From Rhizophagus irregularis (taxonomy: Eukaryota): DNA of 64,000 nt. The stretch spans positions 1,860,001 through 1,924,000 of the forward strand of contig NC_089429.1 in the NCBI RefSeq assembly GCF_026210795.1, given 5' to 3'. Below are positions 49,531 to 62,955 of the stretch, one piece after another (the first letter of the stretch is position 1; each line of letters starts with the position of its first letter). The notes beneath the pieces were generated by a model. The model had not been told where the DNA came from. It saw nothing but the letters and a program-made list of their open reading frames with translations, and made no database searches. The position numbers were made by a program, and so were the translations under genes.

Positions 49531-50184
49531 GTATCATCACGTGAAATAGTAAATCTTCATTAATTAATATTACGTTCAATGTTCCAAGAAATATCAACAA
49601 GACTTTGTTGACGTCCTATTTTATTACATCATCGCTTGATATTTGACCTTTATTTTAAAGATTGGATATATGCCGGGTCTTCGAAAATTGGATTTTTGGT
49701 CGAGGTTCAGGAATATACGCCATGAAAGCCGTAATAGCAGGACGAGGATTTAGTTTTTGAGGGTTTGGAAACGGGTTACCAGATGAATATTAATTAAAAG
49801 ATGAAAACTGGACGCAATCTAATCAAATGTTGGTAAAATGGGTTAACGCTTTTGATGAATAATAATCATTTTAAATATTTATAACATATTTATTAAAATT
49901 TATACAATTGAAAATAATAATCAAATGAATAATTTATAAATAATTTTTTATTGCAAACACTAATATGTTGTTACACAATTACTCTGTTGTCACATAATAT
50001 TTTATAATAAATTTATAATTACTATCTTTATTTAATAATTGAAAAGTCCTATAAAAAATAGAGAATTGAATTATTTTAAATTACAAACTAAGAATCTTTT
50101 TACTACTCTAATCTTAGTGTTTAAATAATTCCAAAATAAAATAATAAATAGTAAAAAAATGAATTTATTTTCAAGTAAATTAAT

Positions 50185-52422
50185 TTAAAATCCATCTAAA
50201 GAGAATAAATATATTAGTAAATAAATATAATATATTATTTTAATATCATTAAAATATTAAATTATAAACAAACCATCGGGAGTTTCTTGTTTATCTTTTT
50301 CTTCTGAATGAATATTTGGATTATTTTGTACTTCATCTATATAAATAAGATAAATTAGAATAATAATAACTGATCATTATTATAAATAATTTATTTTACT
50401 TACCATTAATACTAATATTTGATCGTTGCTGCATTATTTCTCTCGCGTAGTCATTTTGAACGTCATCTATTATTTAATAAATCAAATTTAATAAAATATT
50501 CATTCTTATATTCAACGAAAATTAGAATTAAATATTTAAGGCTTTACCGTTCTCCATTTTCAATTTTTTAAATAATCTGGACGATTCTTTACTATCATTA
50601 TCTATAATCAAGATATAAATTAGTATTTATTCATTATAAAACACTAATATAAGAATAAATTACCTTTAAAATTAATTTTACTTGATTTACTAGCTATAAT
50701 GAAAATCAATCATATGTTATTTTATTTATATAAAATTCAATATTATTTTAATAAATACTTACCATTACTAGAAATACTAAAATCATATGATCTAGTGGTA
50801 TAAAATGCTGTTTTTTTTTAAAAAAAAAAGATTATTAATTAAAGGATTTATACTAAAACATTATTAACTTTATATTACCTTTTTGTTCTTCTATTATTAT
50901 TCAATTAAAAAAAAGTATTGTTAATTATAATGTTAAAGAAAAAAAACCAAATAGTTAATGAACATTAAAAAGCATACCTTCTGTTGCATTTTTTGGTTCA
51001 GGTAGATTTTCAAAATTATGAATTTTACTTGTAAATATTTTACTACTCATGATATTGCTTGTTTTTTCGTCTACTTGTATTATTGATTGAGGTAGTTCAT
51101 CAGGTTTGTTTTGGTAATATGATTTAATTTCGCTTATTTTATTAAAGAGTGTATTAGTATCAGGTCTTTTTAGTGGATTAGCATCCCAACATTGTTCCAT
51201 TAGACTTTTATATTCGGAAGGAATTTCTGATATAATTTTTGGTCTTATACCATCAATGATATTAATTGCAAGGATACAATCATGTTCATAATTCATAAAT
51301 GGAGGTTGTCCAAATGAAATTTCCCACATAAGCATTGCAATACTATAAATATCAGATTTATAAGTATACCCTTTTCCATTAATAACTTCGGGAGCTATGT
51401 AAGGAAGATTTCCATATATACTTGTTGATGGTTTGTCTGCAGGACCGCAAAATCCAAGATCACTAATACGCCAATGATCATTAAACTGTGAATATAATAT
51501 ATTTCCAGAATGCAAATCTCTGTGAATTGAATTCTCTTCATGAATCCAATAAAGTTTATCAATAATTAAAAAAGTAATTTTAATTCTTTCATTCCATGTA
51601 AGTTGATTATGATTTTGTTGTAAATATTCTCTTAAATTTACATCCAATTTATACATTACGAGTAAATAATTTCCATTTGATGGATTTTGTGTTAAACCAA
51701 AACATTGAACGATAGATTGATGTTTGTTGCCTAAAGTTAAATGTGATTTAGCCTTTAAAAAATAATAAATATTATTATTAACAATTAAATTTTAAATTTA
51801 AGTTCTTTAAATATTTTTTAAACTTACAAACCTCTTCAAACCAACTTTGACTTGCATTTTCAATATTTTTTAATTCTTTAAGTATTACAGCAAGAGTTCC
51901 AAATCTTATTAATTGTTGCTCTTTAGAATCCCATTCTTCATAAGGTCCATCAATCCGCTCTGCTGTATAAATCTCTGAGAATCCACCTTTTGTAAGATAT
52001 TTAATATTTTCTAAATTATTATAAGGAATCCATTCAATTACAGTATCAGGTGAAAGTGTTTCCATTTGACAATTTTTTATTAAATTATCAATAACATTAT
52101 TTCCAGAAGTCCAACTTGAAAAATTAGATTTTAAATAATTTCGAACACAATATTCACAATATAATGTAGCTAAACATTTTTGGTTACAATTTTCACAAAT
52201 TCTTCTTGTCCCTGAATTATAAATAATTTTATCTCGGTCATAAGATTGATTAGTTAATCTTATTGCTTCAGTTTTTTCTTCTTCTGTAAGAGATTTGTCA
52301 GCAAGAATGAATTGTTTACTAAATTCGTATTGTTCATGAAGGCCAACGTGAATATTATAATCAATTGACGTAAATGATTCACTAATTACTGCTCGCATTA
52401 ATTTTTTCCGAATATTGGACAT
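50185..52422 (-). CDS. TKL-type protein kinase with Cys-rich N-terminus, 9 exons
   Basis: Exons 52422-51832, 51752-50978, 50890-50879, 50807-50763, 50693-50664, 50601-50548, 50466-50404, 50336-50274, 50195-50185; motifs CENC..CEYC, KGGFSEIY, VILK, HRDLHSGN, DLG, APE. Confidence 0.85.
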
Positions 52423-55400
52423 TTTTGTAAAAAAAAGAAATATTTTTAAGTGCAAAAAAAAAATAAAGTTTCCATAGACGGTTAAACAAATAAGTTGTGC
52501 AACCACCAAAATTTTAATATTGTCTACCTGTCATGTGCTGCATGTGCTGCATTGTAAACAAAATAATGATCATCTGATCATAAAATATAGACAAAATAAT
52601 CCGTCATTACCGACAACTTGGATCCTTTATTTTTTATTATACACGTTCTGTAAAAACTACAAAGGTACAAATGACGTTAAGGTTAAGCTTTTGTAGACTA
52701 GAATTATTTTCTGCAAATTTAATTTTGATGTTTTGGGAAAAAACCTATTTTCAAATAATCATAGAATTCAAAAAATGGAAACACCTTTAAATTCATAATA
52801 AAATAAAATTTCAATTGTCATATTTGTGATGATGATTTTCTATGTTATCAATAAATTTCAATGGTAATAAAAAAATATTAAATATTTAGTAATGGATTAA
52901 TTTTCTTTTTTTTTTCAACAATATTTATTTTAGTTATTACTTAGGATTTTTTTTTTTTTTTTGGAAATTGATGTTTAATGAGCCAAATTTGAAGTTTCGA
53001 ATGAAAAGGCGAAATCAAAAATTCAATTTTGATTATAAAGTTTTATTTCATAATATTTCGATATTATAATGTAGTAACATATTTTTCAGGCAAATTTATT
53101 GCCTTTTTCGTAACATAATGAGCTTATAAAAATTAAAAGTTAACCATGTTTTAAATAATTTCGCTACTCAATAAAACTTTCTAAAAAAAAATTCAGAGAT
53201 CATCTCTTGATAATTTTTTATTGCAGGAAAAATAAAATTATTGTAGTTGGAGACTAAAGTCACTAAATATTTAAGAGTATACTATCCATTTTTTAGGTAT
53301 ATCTGGATGACATTATTGATGACTATATCTATTTGGTGAGCGACTCTATAAAATGATCCTTATTTAAACATCATTTTTTATTCACTTTTTAATGGAAAAA
53401 ATCATTTACTAGGACTTCCTAAGAATTTAGGTCATTAGAAAATTATACTCAACATTTTGCAAATTATATAAAATTCTTGAAGAATATCCTAAGGGTTCAC
53501 AAGTTTTTTTGTAAATTTTCTAAAATACTTCGAAAATATAAAATAATAGATGTTATTATTAGCAAAGAACAATCGCATTATTGAAGTGAAATTGGCTGAT
53601 AATAAAAACGTGATCAATATGATAATGTAATAGACTAGTAGGTAAAATTTATTTATTCATCAATGCATTTTTAACAACTTACAATATTCTGATTATTTTT
53701 TCTTTTATTTAATTTAGTAATTGAAGTGAGATTCGATTCAATTCATCATATTCTCTTTCATTACCAGCAAATAATTAAAAGGACTTTTAGAGTTATTTAA
53801 ACTGATAACAATGACGTTTGATAAATGAAACATTGTACCATGTTAAAACCAAAAACAGAAATAACACATTTTAGAGAAGTTTATTTGTCTGGCTATCACG
53901 TGGAATATTACTTAACTCTTTCAATATCTGTATATTTTCGAAAACGTATTTAAAGATTTGTTTTATTTTATTTTTTTTCTTAACATGACAAAAAGGATTT
54001 GGTGATTAATTATTTATCATACTGCATTATTTCGTAACAAATTTATGTTAACCTATTATTATTACCTTTAAATAGCAAGTAGGCCAAAAACAATCTGTCA
54101 TTCCCTATTAAAAGAAAAAATTATATTAAATCATATTAGTAAGTTTAAGAGCGATACTACATACTATATATCCTAACGGTCGTAGAAATTTTTACGCCAA
54201 GTTTTACCGGATTTACGAAACAAAATTTTTTTTAAATCTGAAATTTATAAATATTTTCTTTTTTTTTTAATATGTGGGAAAAATAGAAATTGTTTATAAA
54301 TTAATAAATATCAAGTAAATTAGCACATAAATTCTTGATATTTCACGTTGGAACCATTTACTCATTATTCACGAGGCGAGTGATAAACATTTAGCTAAGT
54401 TAACAAACTTCTACTCAATTCTAGTTGAAAAAATTAACTTTGGCCAAAATTGGTTAAACTCTTACCTGGAAATAAGAAATGATTTATATATTCTTCTGAG
54501 TGTTTATATCATGAGAAGAGTTACGCAATTTTTTGGTAATCATATTTGACTAATTTACTCGTGAAGATTATCTAATTTCACTTTATATCTATGTAATACC
54601 AAATTAAGTGCTTTAAGAATCACTACATCAATTATTTATAAATTTTTTTTAATAATAGTGTCCTTGTTTTATTTATAAATTTACTAATTGAGAAGAAAAA
54701 AGATTTCATTGACCAAACAAAAAAAATTTGTGATTTTCTCGTTAGCATCACGCATAGATCTTTACAAAAAAATTTATATTATCTTACGTAATTTTTTAAC
54801 TTGCTATTTTACACATGCTTCTACATATTAATTTTATTACATGCTAAAAATAATAAATGAAGTAACTTATTTTTACTATTTTTAGGGAGTCCGATCTAGC
54901 CAGCCAAGATTGAGTAATTGGTCATTGTAATAAATTATTTTTTACATAGAGAAAGAAAGAAAATTAATTTTAATTTTTGATTTTATTTTTACGTGTTATA
55001 AATTCTGTTACTCAAAAATCCTTAAATCTCAGCATCATCACAATTATTTTAGTATAATTGATCTGTAAATGTAAATTTGAAAAATAGTTAGTATATTATC
55101 TACCAAAAAATCTAATACTGAAAATTTATATTGTGTTTTTTAACTAGATATAAGTAAACTCAAATGTGATTTATATATAAGCAAATAATATATGATGAGA
55201 ATTCTAGTATTCAATTCCTTTGTATCATCCGTGAGTTAGTGTCCAGGTGAAATTAGGATTAGGAGACTATTAAAACTTTTTTTTGAATTTAAATAGAAAC
55301 TAAATAAACAAATAAAAGTTCTCATAATAACCAAAATCTTATTTAACCCTAAATCCTAGATTCATCTTTTAATACGCTTTAATCATTCTATCAAAATAAA

Positions 55401-56409
55401 TTTCCAATCGTTTCTTATTATCAATTAATTAAATTAATTAATAAAAGAGTGAAAAAAAAGTTTCAGTTTGGGAAAAAAAATTAAACCTAAACGGGAAAAT
55501 AATGAGAAAAAACAAATTTTTTAAAGGATGAAAAAATTTAAACCAAAAATATTTGAAAAAAAAAAACGGACAAAAAAATTAATAATAAAAAAAAAAAGGC
55601 TGAAATTGGATTAGTTGATTGGAATGCACATGGATCTATGGCATGGGATTTCAAGTTACACATAGTCAAACGTTACGGTTACACATTGTATTTTTTTTAG
55701 TTATATAAAAATTGATCGTCACATCGTCATGACGTCACGTCTTTTTTTCTTTTTTTAATAATGAACTTTATTAATATTATGAAAAAAATCAGTCGACGTA
55801 AAAAAACATCTTATCAATAAAGTATCTACACTAAATACATGACTAAAACTTTGCTAGTCTAAACTAATCTAAGATTTTTGATTAGTACATTACAATAAAT
55901 CCATTCCAAACCTAACCTCCATATTTAATTCTATATTATCCATAACCACAAAACAAAAATTTGTCCACGAAAATTAGTAGTGAATCCAAACAGTTCCTAC
56001 GTCTGATAAGATTAATGATCAAAACAGCAGTAAAATCTGTAGTGAGTTGTACTATAATGAGAATAACTAATTTGAAAAAATGACGAAACAGTAGTGACAC
56101 AAAATCATACCAATTTCGTTTTGAACTCTTAACGGTTTCCGCCTAGTATATCTAATATTGTTAATAAATGTATTTGTTTTTATTAAATTATATCTGATAT
56201 TTATACTTAAAAATAATTTGGTATATCAAAATGATTACTAGGATGAACAGAATTGTCCAACTAAACTTGTATTGTCTATAAATGAATATATCTTATTTGT
56301 TACATAACAATAATTATAATTATAGGTAAATACAATTACAGAGCGCAAAGTAAGGTAGTAATATATTCTCTTTTATTTCTTTAATACAATTTATTAGGCT
56401 CAATTATAT

Positions 56410-57530
56410 TCAACAACATTCATCATCTGAATTATCAGTTTTAGTATATTTGCCTATTTTAATTAAAAAAACATGTTGTAAAACTGTTGGTGTGAAAACT
56501 ATAGATACTATATATTGCATGCGTAAATAATGAGTTTACTTACTATTTTTTTGAGTTTCATTCGGTTCATTCTTTAATTCTTCAGAATTACGCTTTCTTG
56601 AAGAATTTACGGATACAGTTAAGCTTTGAGTAGCGGAATTTGTATTTTGTATGGATGAACTAAAAAATGTATGAAATTAGTATTATTTATTTTATATTAT
56701 TAGCAATTTATATAGAATTAATTACCTTTGAATATTATTTATATCAAATTCATATTCTTTTTTAATATATTCTGAAAAATTAATAAAAGAATTAATAAAA
56801 GATATCTAAGTTAAATATAAATTTAAAGAAGTAAATTCAATTATTAATATCTTATCGTCTACCTAATGGTTCAAGTTTTTTCATTAATGGCTAATTATTA
56901 CTTAATAATATAACATACCTTGTTTGACATTAAATGAGATCATTGAAGAAGAATTTATAGTCGAAGCTTTTGAAATCAAAGAACTTAATGCTCTACTTGT
57001 ATAAATTGCTTTTGGATGAGATTTTTCACTAAATTCGGGTCCAAGTTGCTTTAATTGTATTAATACTAATCTCTTTTTTTCAGCTTGTTTAAATACTTCG
57101 TCTCCATACATTTTGTTAAGAGATTGCTCTATTTCATAACTAGTTGGTCTTTTTAAAGGGTCAGAGTCCCAACATTTTTTCATTAAATTTGCAAAACATT
57201 CAGGGGTGTCATTTGTAATTTCAGGGCGTTTTCCATCAATAATTTCATAAATAAGTTCAACGTTGTGTTCAATATTAGCAAAAGGTTTACAACCTGTCGT
57301 AACTTCTCACATAATCATACCAAAACTATATACATCAGATTCTTTTGAAAATGCAGAACCTTTAAATATTTCTGGTGCAATATAAGGTATCACTCCATAT
57401 ATTTCATTATTTGATAATGTATTATTTGCAGGTTGTGATAATCCTAAGTCTCCAACTTTCTAATATTTAGAAAATAACATATTTCTACTATGAAAATCTC
57501 GATGTACAAAATTATTATTATGAATATGCC
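56410..57530 (-). pseudogene. 5'-truncated kinase pseudogene
   Basis: HRDFHSRNML..Y*KVGDLGL..YIAPE..IM*E has two in-frame stops; N-lobe absent; small 3' exons still visible. Confidence 0.8.
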
Positions 57531-58329
57531 ATTTTGGGTAACAAAAATATTTGAAATTACTTTTTTTTATTGCTTTTTAAATGATCATTCCACTATTCAA
57601 TTTGGTATAACAAGTAGTGATCTAATCGGGATAGTAATTAAGAAGTGGTATTCTCACCGCCATAACTTTCGCCAGGGACTGTATAACATTCAAAATTCAC
57701 AAATAAATCTAATTTTTAAATTTATTAAACTAAACACAAATATTATTAAATATAAATGACTAATTTAATACATTCCATAATTAAAATGATTTTCATTTCA
57801 TAATTTATTTCTCAATACGATGTAAAAAAAAGTTTTAAACTCGACTACCGATCAATAAAAGAATTTAAGATATATATATTTTTTTTTAATAAGAATTCTT
57901 AAGATCATTTGAGTTAATTACACGACTTCGTAAAAGTGAGCCTTTCACGGATCCATTCACAGGAAATGTAAATAATTTGTTAAATTCCGTGATCTAAGGT
58001 TATTAATTCCGGAAATGAGGCTTTTATGGAAAAAAAATGGAATATAAAAAACTGATTGACTTTTTTTACAGGGCGACAAAAACTTAAGTATACTATTAAC
58101 CCAGTAACTACTTCAGTTTTTTCTTTAGATACTTTACTTAAAATAGATTCATGGATTAAATAAAAACAAAAATAAAACCGAGATTCGTACGTAAAATAAT
58201 TAATAATTCTTCTTTGATTTATAGAATATCACTAAATAATTACACTATTCTTTTACGAATTCAATAATATATTCACTTGTACAATAAGTTCAAAATAACT
58301 TTAATATCAAGACATGAGTTTAAAATGTA

Positions 58330-59200
58330 CAAATGGCAAGGCAAATTCGGCTAAAACAAAGAAAGAATGATCTCCACATAGAAGGCGTAACAATCGGAGA
58401 AAATCCTGATATCTGGACGATAATTTTGCCGATACGTCACGTGAGATAACGTTTTAGAAATGTTGATACGTGGAACAATTAAAATTCAAACGATGCTACA
58501 AATACAAAACGGTTAAAGCTGAACTTTGTTTTACCAAATATTATGAAGATATATATAGACGAGGAATTAATATATTACTATATATGTATTAAAATAGTAA
58601 CCATGTGTATTACTTCAGAATGTTTGATTCAAGATTAACGCCACGTGAAATAAAGGAAAAATTTAGTTGGCAAGCGTGTAAGAAACTAGCGAATGATGTG
58701 GAAGGAAACGGTGGTACAATTATTAAAGACAACATCGAGAAATATGGCGACTGCTTTGGAAAAATAATTAGAATTAACAAAGTTGAGTATATTCTAATTT
58801 ATTTTAATAGCAAAAACGATACGATGAAAACCATATACATCAACTATGGAAGATGATTTAGGAAAAGGATTACAAGTGAAGAAACAAGACGATCTAATAG
58901 ACAGACGGAAATTTTATAAAACGGAGAACTCATAAGACTACGTTGACGTCTAACACGAATAACAATAACTTTTCGGAGGACAAACAATTCCGCGACGCAC
59001 CAGATAGTTTAACAGGTTCGACGGTTCAGAAGGAAGATCAGGTTGAAGAATTTAATTAATTTAACGAGGCTTTTAGTGAAAGGATTACATATATCAATGG
59101 TAAGACAATAGGATCTACAGATAAAGGTAAAGAAAAAGGTGGCTATTGCTCAAGGTGAAAGAGTAGTAAATAGAGGTATCGATAGCGCTATAATAGCTAT
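58330..59200 (+). other. Decayed coding-like sequence, possibly a retroelement ORF1 remnant
   Basis: Purine-rich broken frames; no diagnostic motif. Confidence 0.2.
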
Positions 59201-59421
59201 AATAGACTGTAGTACAATATATTTAGTTTTCTATAGCATAGTTTCAAATTTTGTATTAAATAGATACTTTATTGACTCAATGTATTTACTTACGCTGACA
59301 TTAGAATTGGTTACGTTTGTAATATTTTCAATATTAATAAAGGAAAAATATATATATATATATAATATAACTTTATTTATTGCAAATAATATAAAATAAT
59401 CCAAGTTGTATACTATATAAG

Positions 59422-61089
59422 TTAATAGTAAATTTCTTGTATAAGATCATAAATGTTAATAATCAAATCTTCATAATTTAGAACTTGAATATCATATAAT
59501 TCAAATTCTTTTACTTTATCTTTCAAAGAAATCAAGAATTCATTTTTTCCTCTATAATTTTCTGTAATAGCCAAATATTTAACTCGTTTCTTTTTCATAA
59601 TATATTCTTTTATATATGGGAAAATATCTTGACTTTCTTCATTCTTTGTATTTCTAATTAACAATTTTTTAACAAAAACATTTTGAGAATTTTTTAAGAA
59701 TATTTCTAAATCATTTGTATTAATTCTAAGATGTAAATTCAAATATTCTAATTTAAAAGGAAGAATTTGTCCTAAATTTTGTAATATAATTGAACTAGAA
59801 TGATAATTATCATTATAACTAATAGCAAGGGCATCAATTAAAAGATAATTAAGATTTTGGTTAATATTTTCAATTAAATTGAATACTGAATAAATACTCT
59901 GATTATCTGGCCAAGTAGGAACCAAAAATTTAATTTTACTACAATACTTTATAATTAATTGTAGTAACTTTTGTGATTTATAGTGACCAACTCCAAGGTT
60001 TTCTAAATAATTGCCAGACTTTTGTATTAATGGTTCTAATGATTCATTCATTTCATCCAAAAATAAAGTTTTCAATTTAAATGGTTTTGTAATATTATTA
60101 ATTTGTCGAATAAATTTAGAATCTAAATAATAACAATAAATAATATGAATTGATTCTAAAACATTCGAATGATTAAATACTTCACTTAAAACATCTATAT
60201 TTTTAAAATCAATATAATAAAATACAATTGTACTTAATGTAATTGAACAATAAGGATTATTTAATGATAATAAAGGATGGTATAAGGAGTATTCATCACC
60301 AAAACCAAATGAAATCTTTCTAAGATTTACTTGAGATTTAATTATTTGTGAAAAATTTTTTTCGATTATTGGATAAACATGAAATGAAGGAAGTAGAAAA
60401 TTAAGTGATGTAATTGAATTGCAATTAGAACAAAGAAATTCTAAAAATTTTATTGTGTTATATTTTGCATCATCAAGATCAAGTGTTAAATTTTTAATAT
60501 TATAAATGAAATTACGGTTTTGTAAGATTAATCCAATAATCTCATCATAATATTCAATATCACTAAATGTAGCCATTGACATTTTAAAACTATGCAAATT
60601 AACTTCGTTTTTAATGAATATTAGAAATAATGATCTAAAAATTAGTTTTGTGAAGTTTGATGTTTGTGAAGCTGATAAATTTATATTTTGCATAGAATAA
60701 TTGGAATGTTGCCCTCTTCTTGTTGAAATCCTGACAGTTGCAACCCATTTTTCAATAGAGAAACAAATTTTATATGTATCTAAACGTTGAATGAATCTAG
60801 GATAATTAAATAGTATGTTTGAAGGAAATAATTCATTATGAATTACATATTCATTTAATTTTGCTTTATCATCATCATTCAAATTTCGCAAATAAGTTTC
60901 AATAAAGTAATAATTTTTAGGAAGTTTAACTGAAAATGGATCTTCCCATAATAATGGAATTGCTAAACGACACCATAATCTATTAACCAATATACACGAA
61001 TGTAATGTTTTATAATCATAATGAAAACATTGAATAATTTCGTTCGTTAACTCAGGTAAATCTCCTGAGAATAACTTTGAACATGCCAT
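59422..61089 (-). CDS. F-box-like/LRR protein, 555 aa
   Basis: MACSKLFSGDLPEL start and family motifs. Confidence 0.88.
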   Translation of the reverse strand: MACSKLFSGDLPELTNEIIQCFHYDYKTLHSCILVNRLWCRLAIPLLWEDPFSVKLPKNYYFIETYLRNLNDDDKAKLNEYVIHNELFPSNILFNYPRFIQRLDTYKICFSIEKWVATVRISTRRGQHSNYSMQNINLSASQTSNFTKLIFRSLFLIFIKNEVNLHSFKMSMATFSDIEYYDEIIGLILQNRNFIYNIKNLTLDLDDAKYNTIKFLEFLCSNCNSITSLNFLLPSFHVYPIIEKNFSQIIKSQVNLRKISFGFGDEYSLYHPLLSLNNPYCSITLSTIVFYYIDFKNIDVLSEVFNHSNVLESIHIIYCYYLDSKFIRQINNITKPFKLKTLFLDEMNESLEPLIQKSGNYLENLGVGHYKSQKLLQLIIKYCSKIKFLVPTWPDNQSIYSVFNLIENINQNLNYLLIDALAISYNDNYHSSSIILQNLGQILPFKLEYLNLHLRINTNDLEIFLKNSQNVFVKKLLIRNTKNEESQDIFPYIKEYIMKKKRVKYLAITENYRGKNEFLISLKDKVKEFELYDIQVLNYEDLIINIYDLIQEIYY

Positions 61090-61443
61090 ATTTCCAAACG
61101 AAAAGAGAGAAAGAGAGAAAGGGATTTTAAAATTAAAAGTTACGTCAAAATATTGATTTATTTCGAGAGAGCTATTATTAAAAAAAAAAAATTATGATGT
61201 AATGTCGGAGCGGCAATTCCGTTGGTTGCATAAGTTATTGTTATGTATTTGTACATTGCATGATCAGCTGATCAGCTGATTTAAAAAAAAAATTCCCAAA
61301 GCCATTTTGTGCGACAAATATCGGAAGTACAAACCCAAAAAATGGTGTTCGTACGTACCTATTTTATAATAATAATGTTATCAATATTATATAAAATTTT
61401 TATTTGTCTGTATTTAATAATAATTTAAAAAGAAATTGTTTTA

Positions 61444-62955
61444 TATGGCGCGCCGATGTGGACAGATTGGTATTTTATTAATACCAACTCCTGCTATTTA
61501 AAATAATACTAGCACTTGTATTTTAAAATTACTGAATTTGCCTAAAATGGCAATTCCTTTTTATATTATTAGACAGATTTGTATTTGTTTAATACCAAAT
61601 TTCTCTAATTAAATATTACCAACTCTTGTAATTTTAAAATTAGTAGATCTTTTTTCTTTAATAGACAGATTCATATTTTTTTATTGCCTCCTTTTTTCAT
61701 TAGAAGATCTTTTTTCTTTAATAGACAGATTTGTATTTTTTTATTATTAGCTCTGACGATCATTTTTATTCGCTAAATCTCACCGCAGGTGATCCTTACC
61801 GCAGGTGATTTTATTCCGGCCAAATTATAATTCCAGCTGGAGTTAATTGTGTAACCTAATAAAAAGTTTTGACTTTTTTAGTAACAATGTGGTATAAAAA
61901 TTGCACCAATGAGTTCGGAAGATGCCCGTTTCTAATCAAATATGCAGTTAAATTTTGTGTAGCCTCACTGAATAAATCACTTTACTTAAGAAATCTATTT
62001 CGTAATGGTCAAAAGTGGTCTATTTGACCTTAAAAGTGGTCAAACTTGACCTTATTGATGGTTAAAAGTGGTCAAATGACTCAGTTGCCTTAATTGATGG
62101 TCAAAAGTAGTCTATTTGGTGGTCAAATGTAACCATCAGCTACCTTAATTGATGGTTAAAAGTGGTCAAACGTGGCCATCAGCTGCCTTAATTGATGGTC
62201 AAAAGTGGTCAAATATGCCCTCGCCTTTAACTACCAATTATTAGTATAACCAAACAGAAATTTTCGAAAAATTTCTATGTGCTATATGACCACTTTTTAG
62301 GGTCAAATAGACCACTTTTGACCATCAATTAAGGTAGCTGATGGTCACGTTTGCCACTTTTAAGGTCAAATAGACCACTTTTGACCATTACGAAATAGAT
62401 TTCTTAAGTAAAGTGATTTATTCAGTGAGGATACACAAAATTTAACTGCATATTTACTTATAAACGGGTATCTTCCGGATCTATTAGTGCAATATTTATA
62501 CCACATTGTAACTAAAAAAAATCAAAAACTTTTTTATTAGGTTACACAATTGAATTTGGCTGGAATTATAATTTGACCGGTGAAATCACCTGCGGTGAGA
62601 TTTAGCAGATCTGCTAATGAATAAAAATGATCGTCAGAGCTAATAATAAAAAATATAAATCTGTCTGGTAAAGAAAAAAGATCTGCTAATAAAAAAAGGG
62701 GATAATAAAAAATATAAATCTGTCTATTGAAGAAAAAAAGATCTGCCAATTTTAAAATTACACGAGTTGGTAATATTTAATTAGAGAAAGTTCGTAATAA
62801 ATAAATATGAATCTGTCTAATAATGCAAAAAGAAATTGCCATTTTAGACAAAAATCTGCCACTTGCAGTAATATTAAAATACATGAGCTGGTATTATTTA
62901 AATAGTGGAAGTTGGTATTAAAAAAATACCAATCTGTCCACGTCGGCGCGCCATA
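61444..62955. mobile_element. 1.5-kb foldback element, almost entirely palindromic
   Basis: Termini TATGGCGCGCCGA(T/C)GTGGACAGATTGG; arms about 700 bp, spacer about 62210-62285; internal ggtcaaaagtggtc repeats. Confidence 0.9.
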
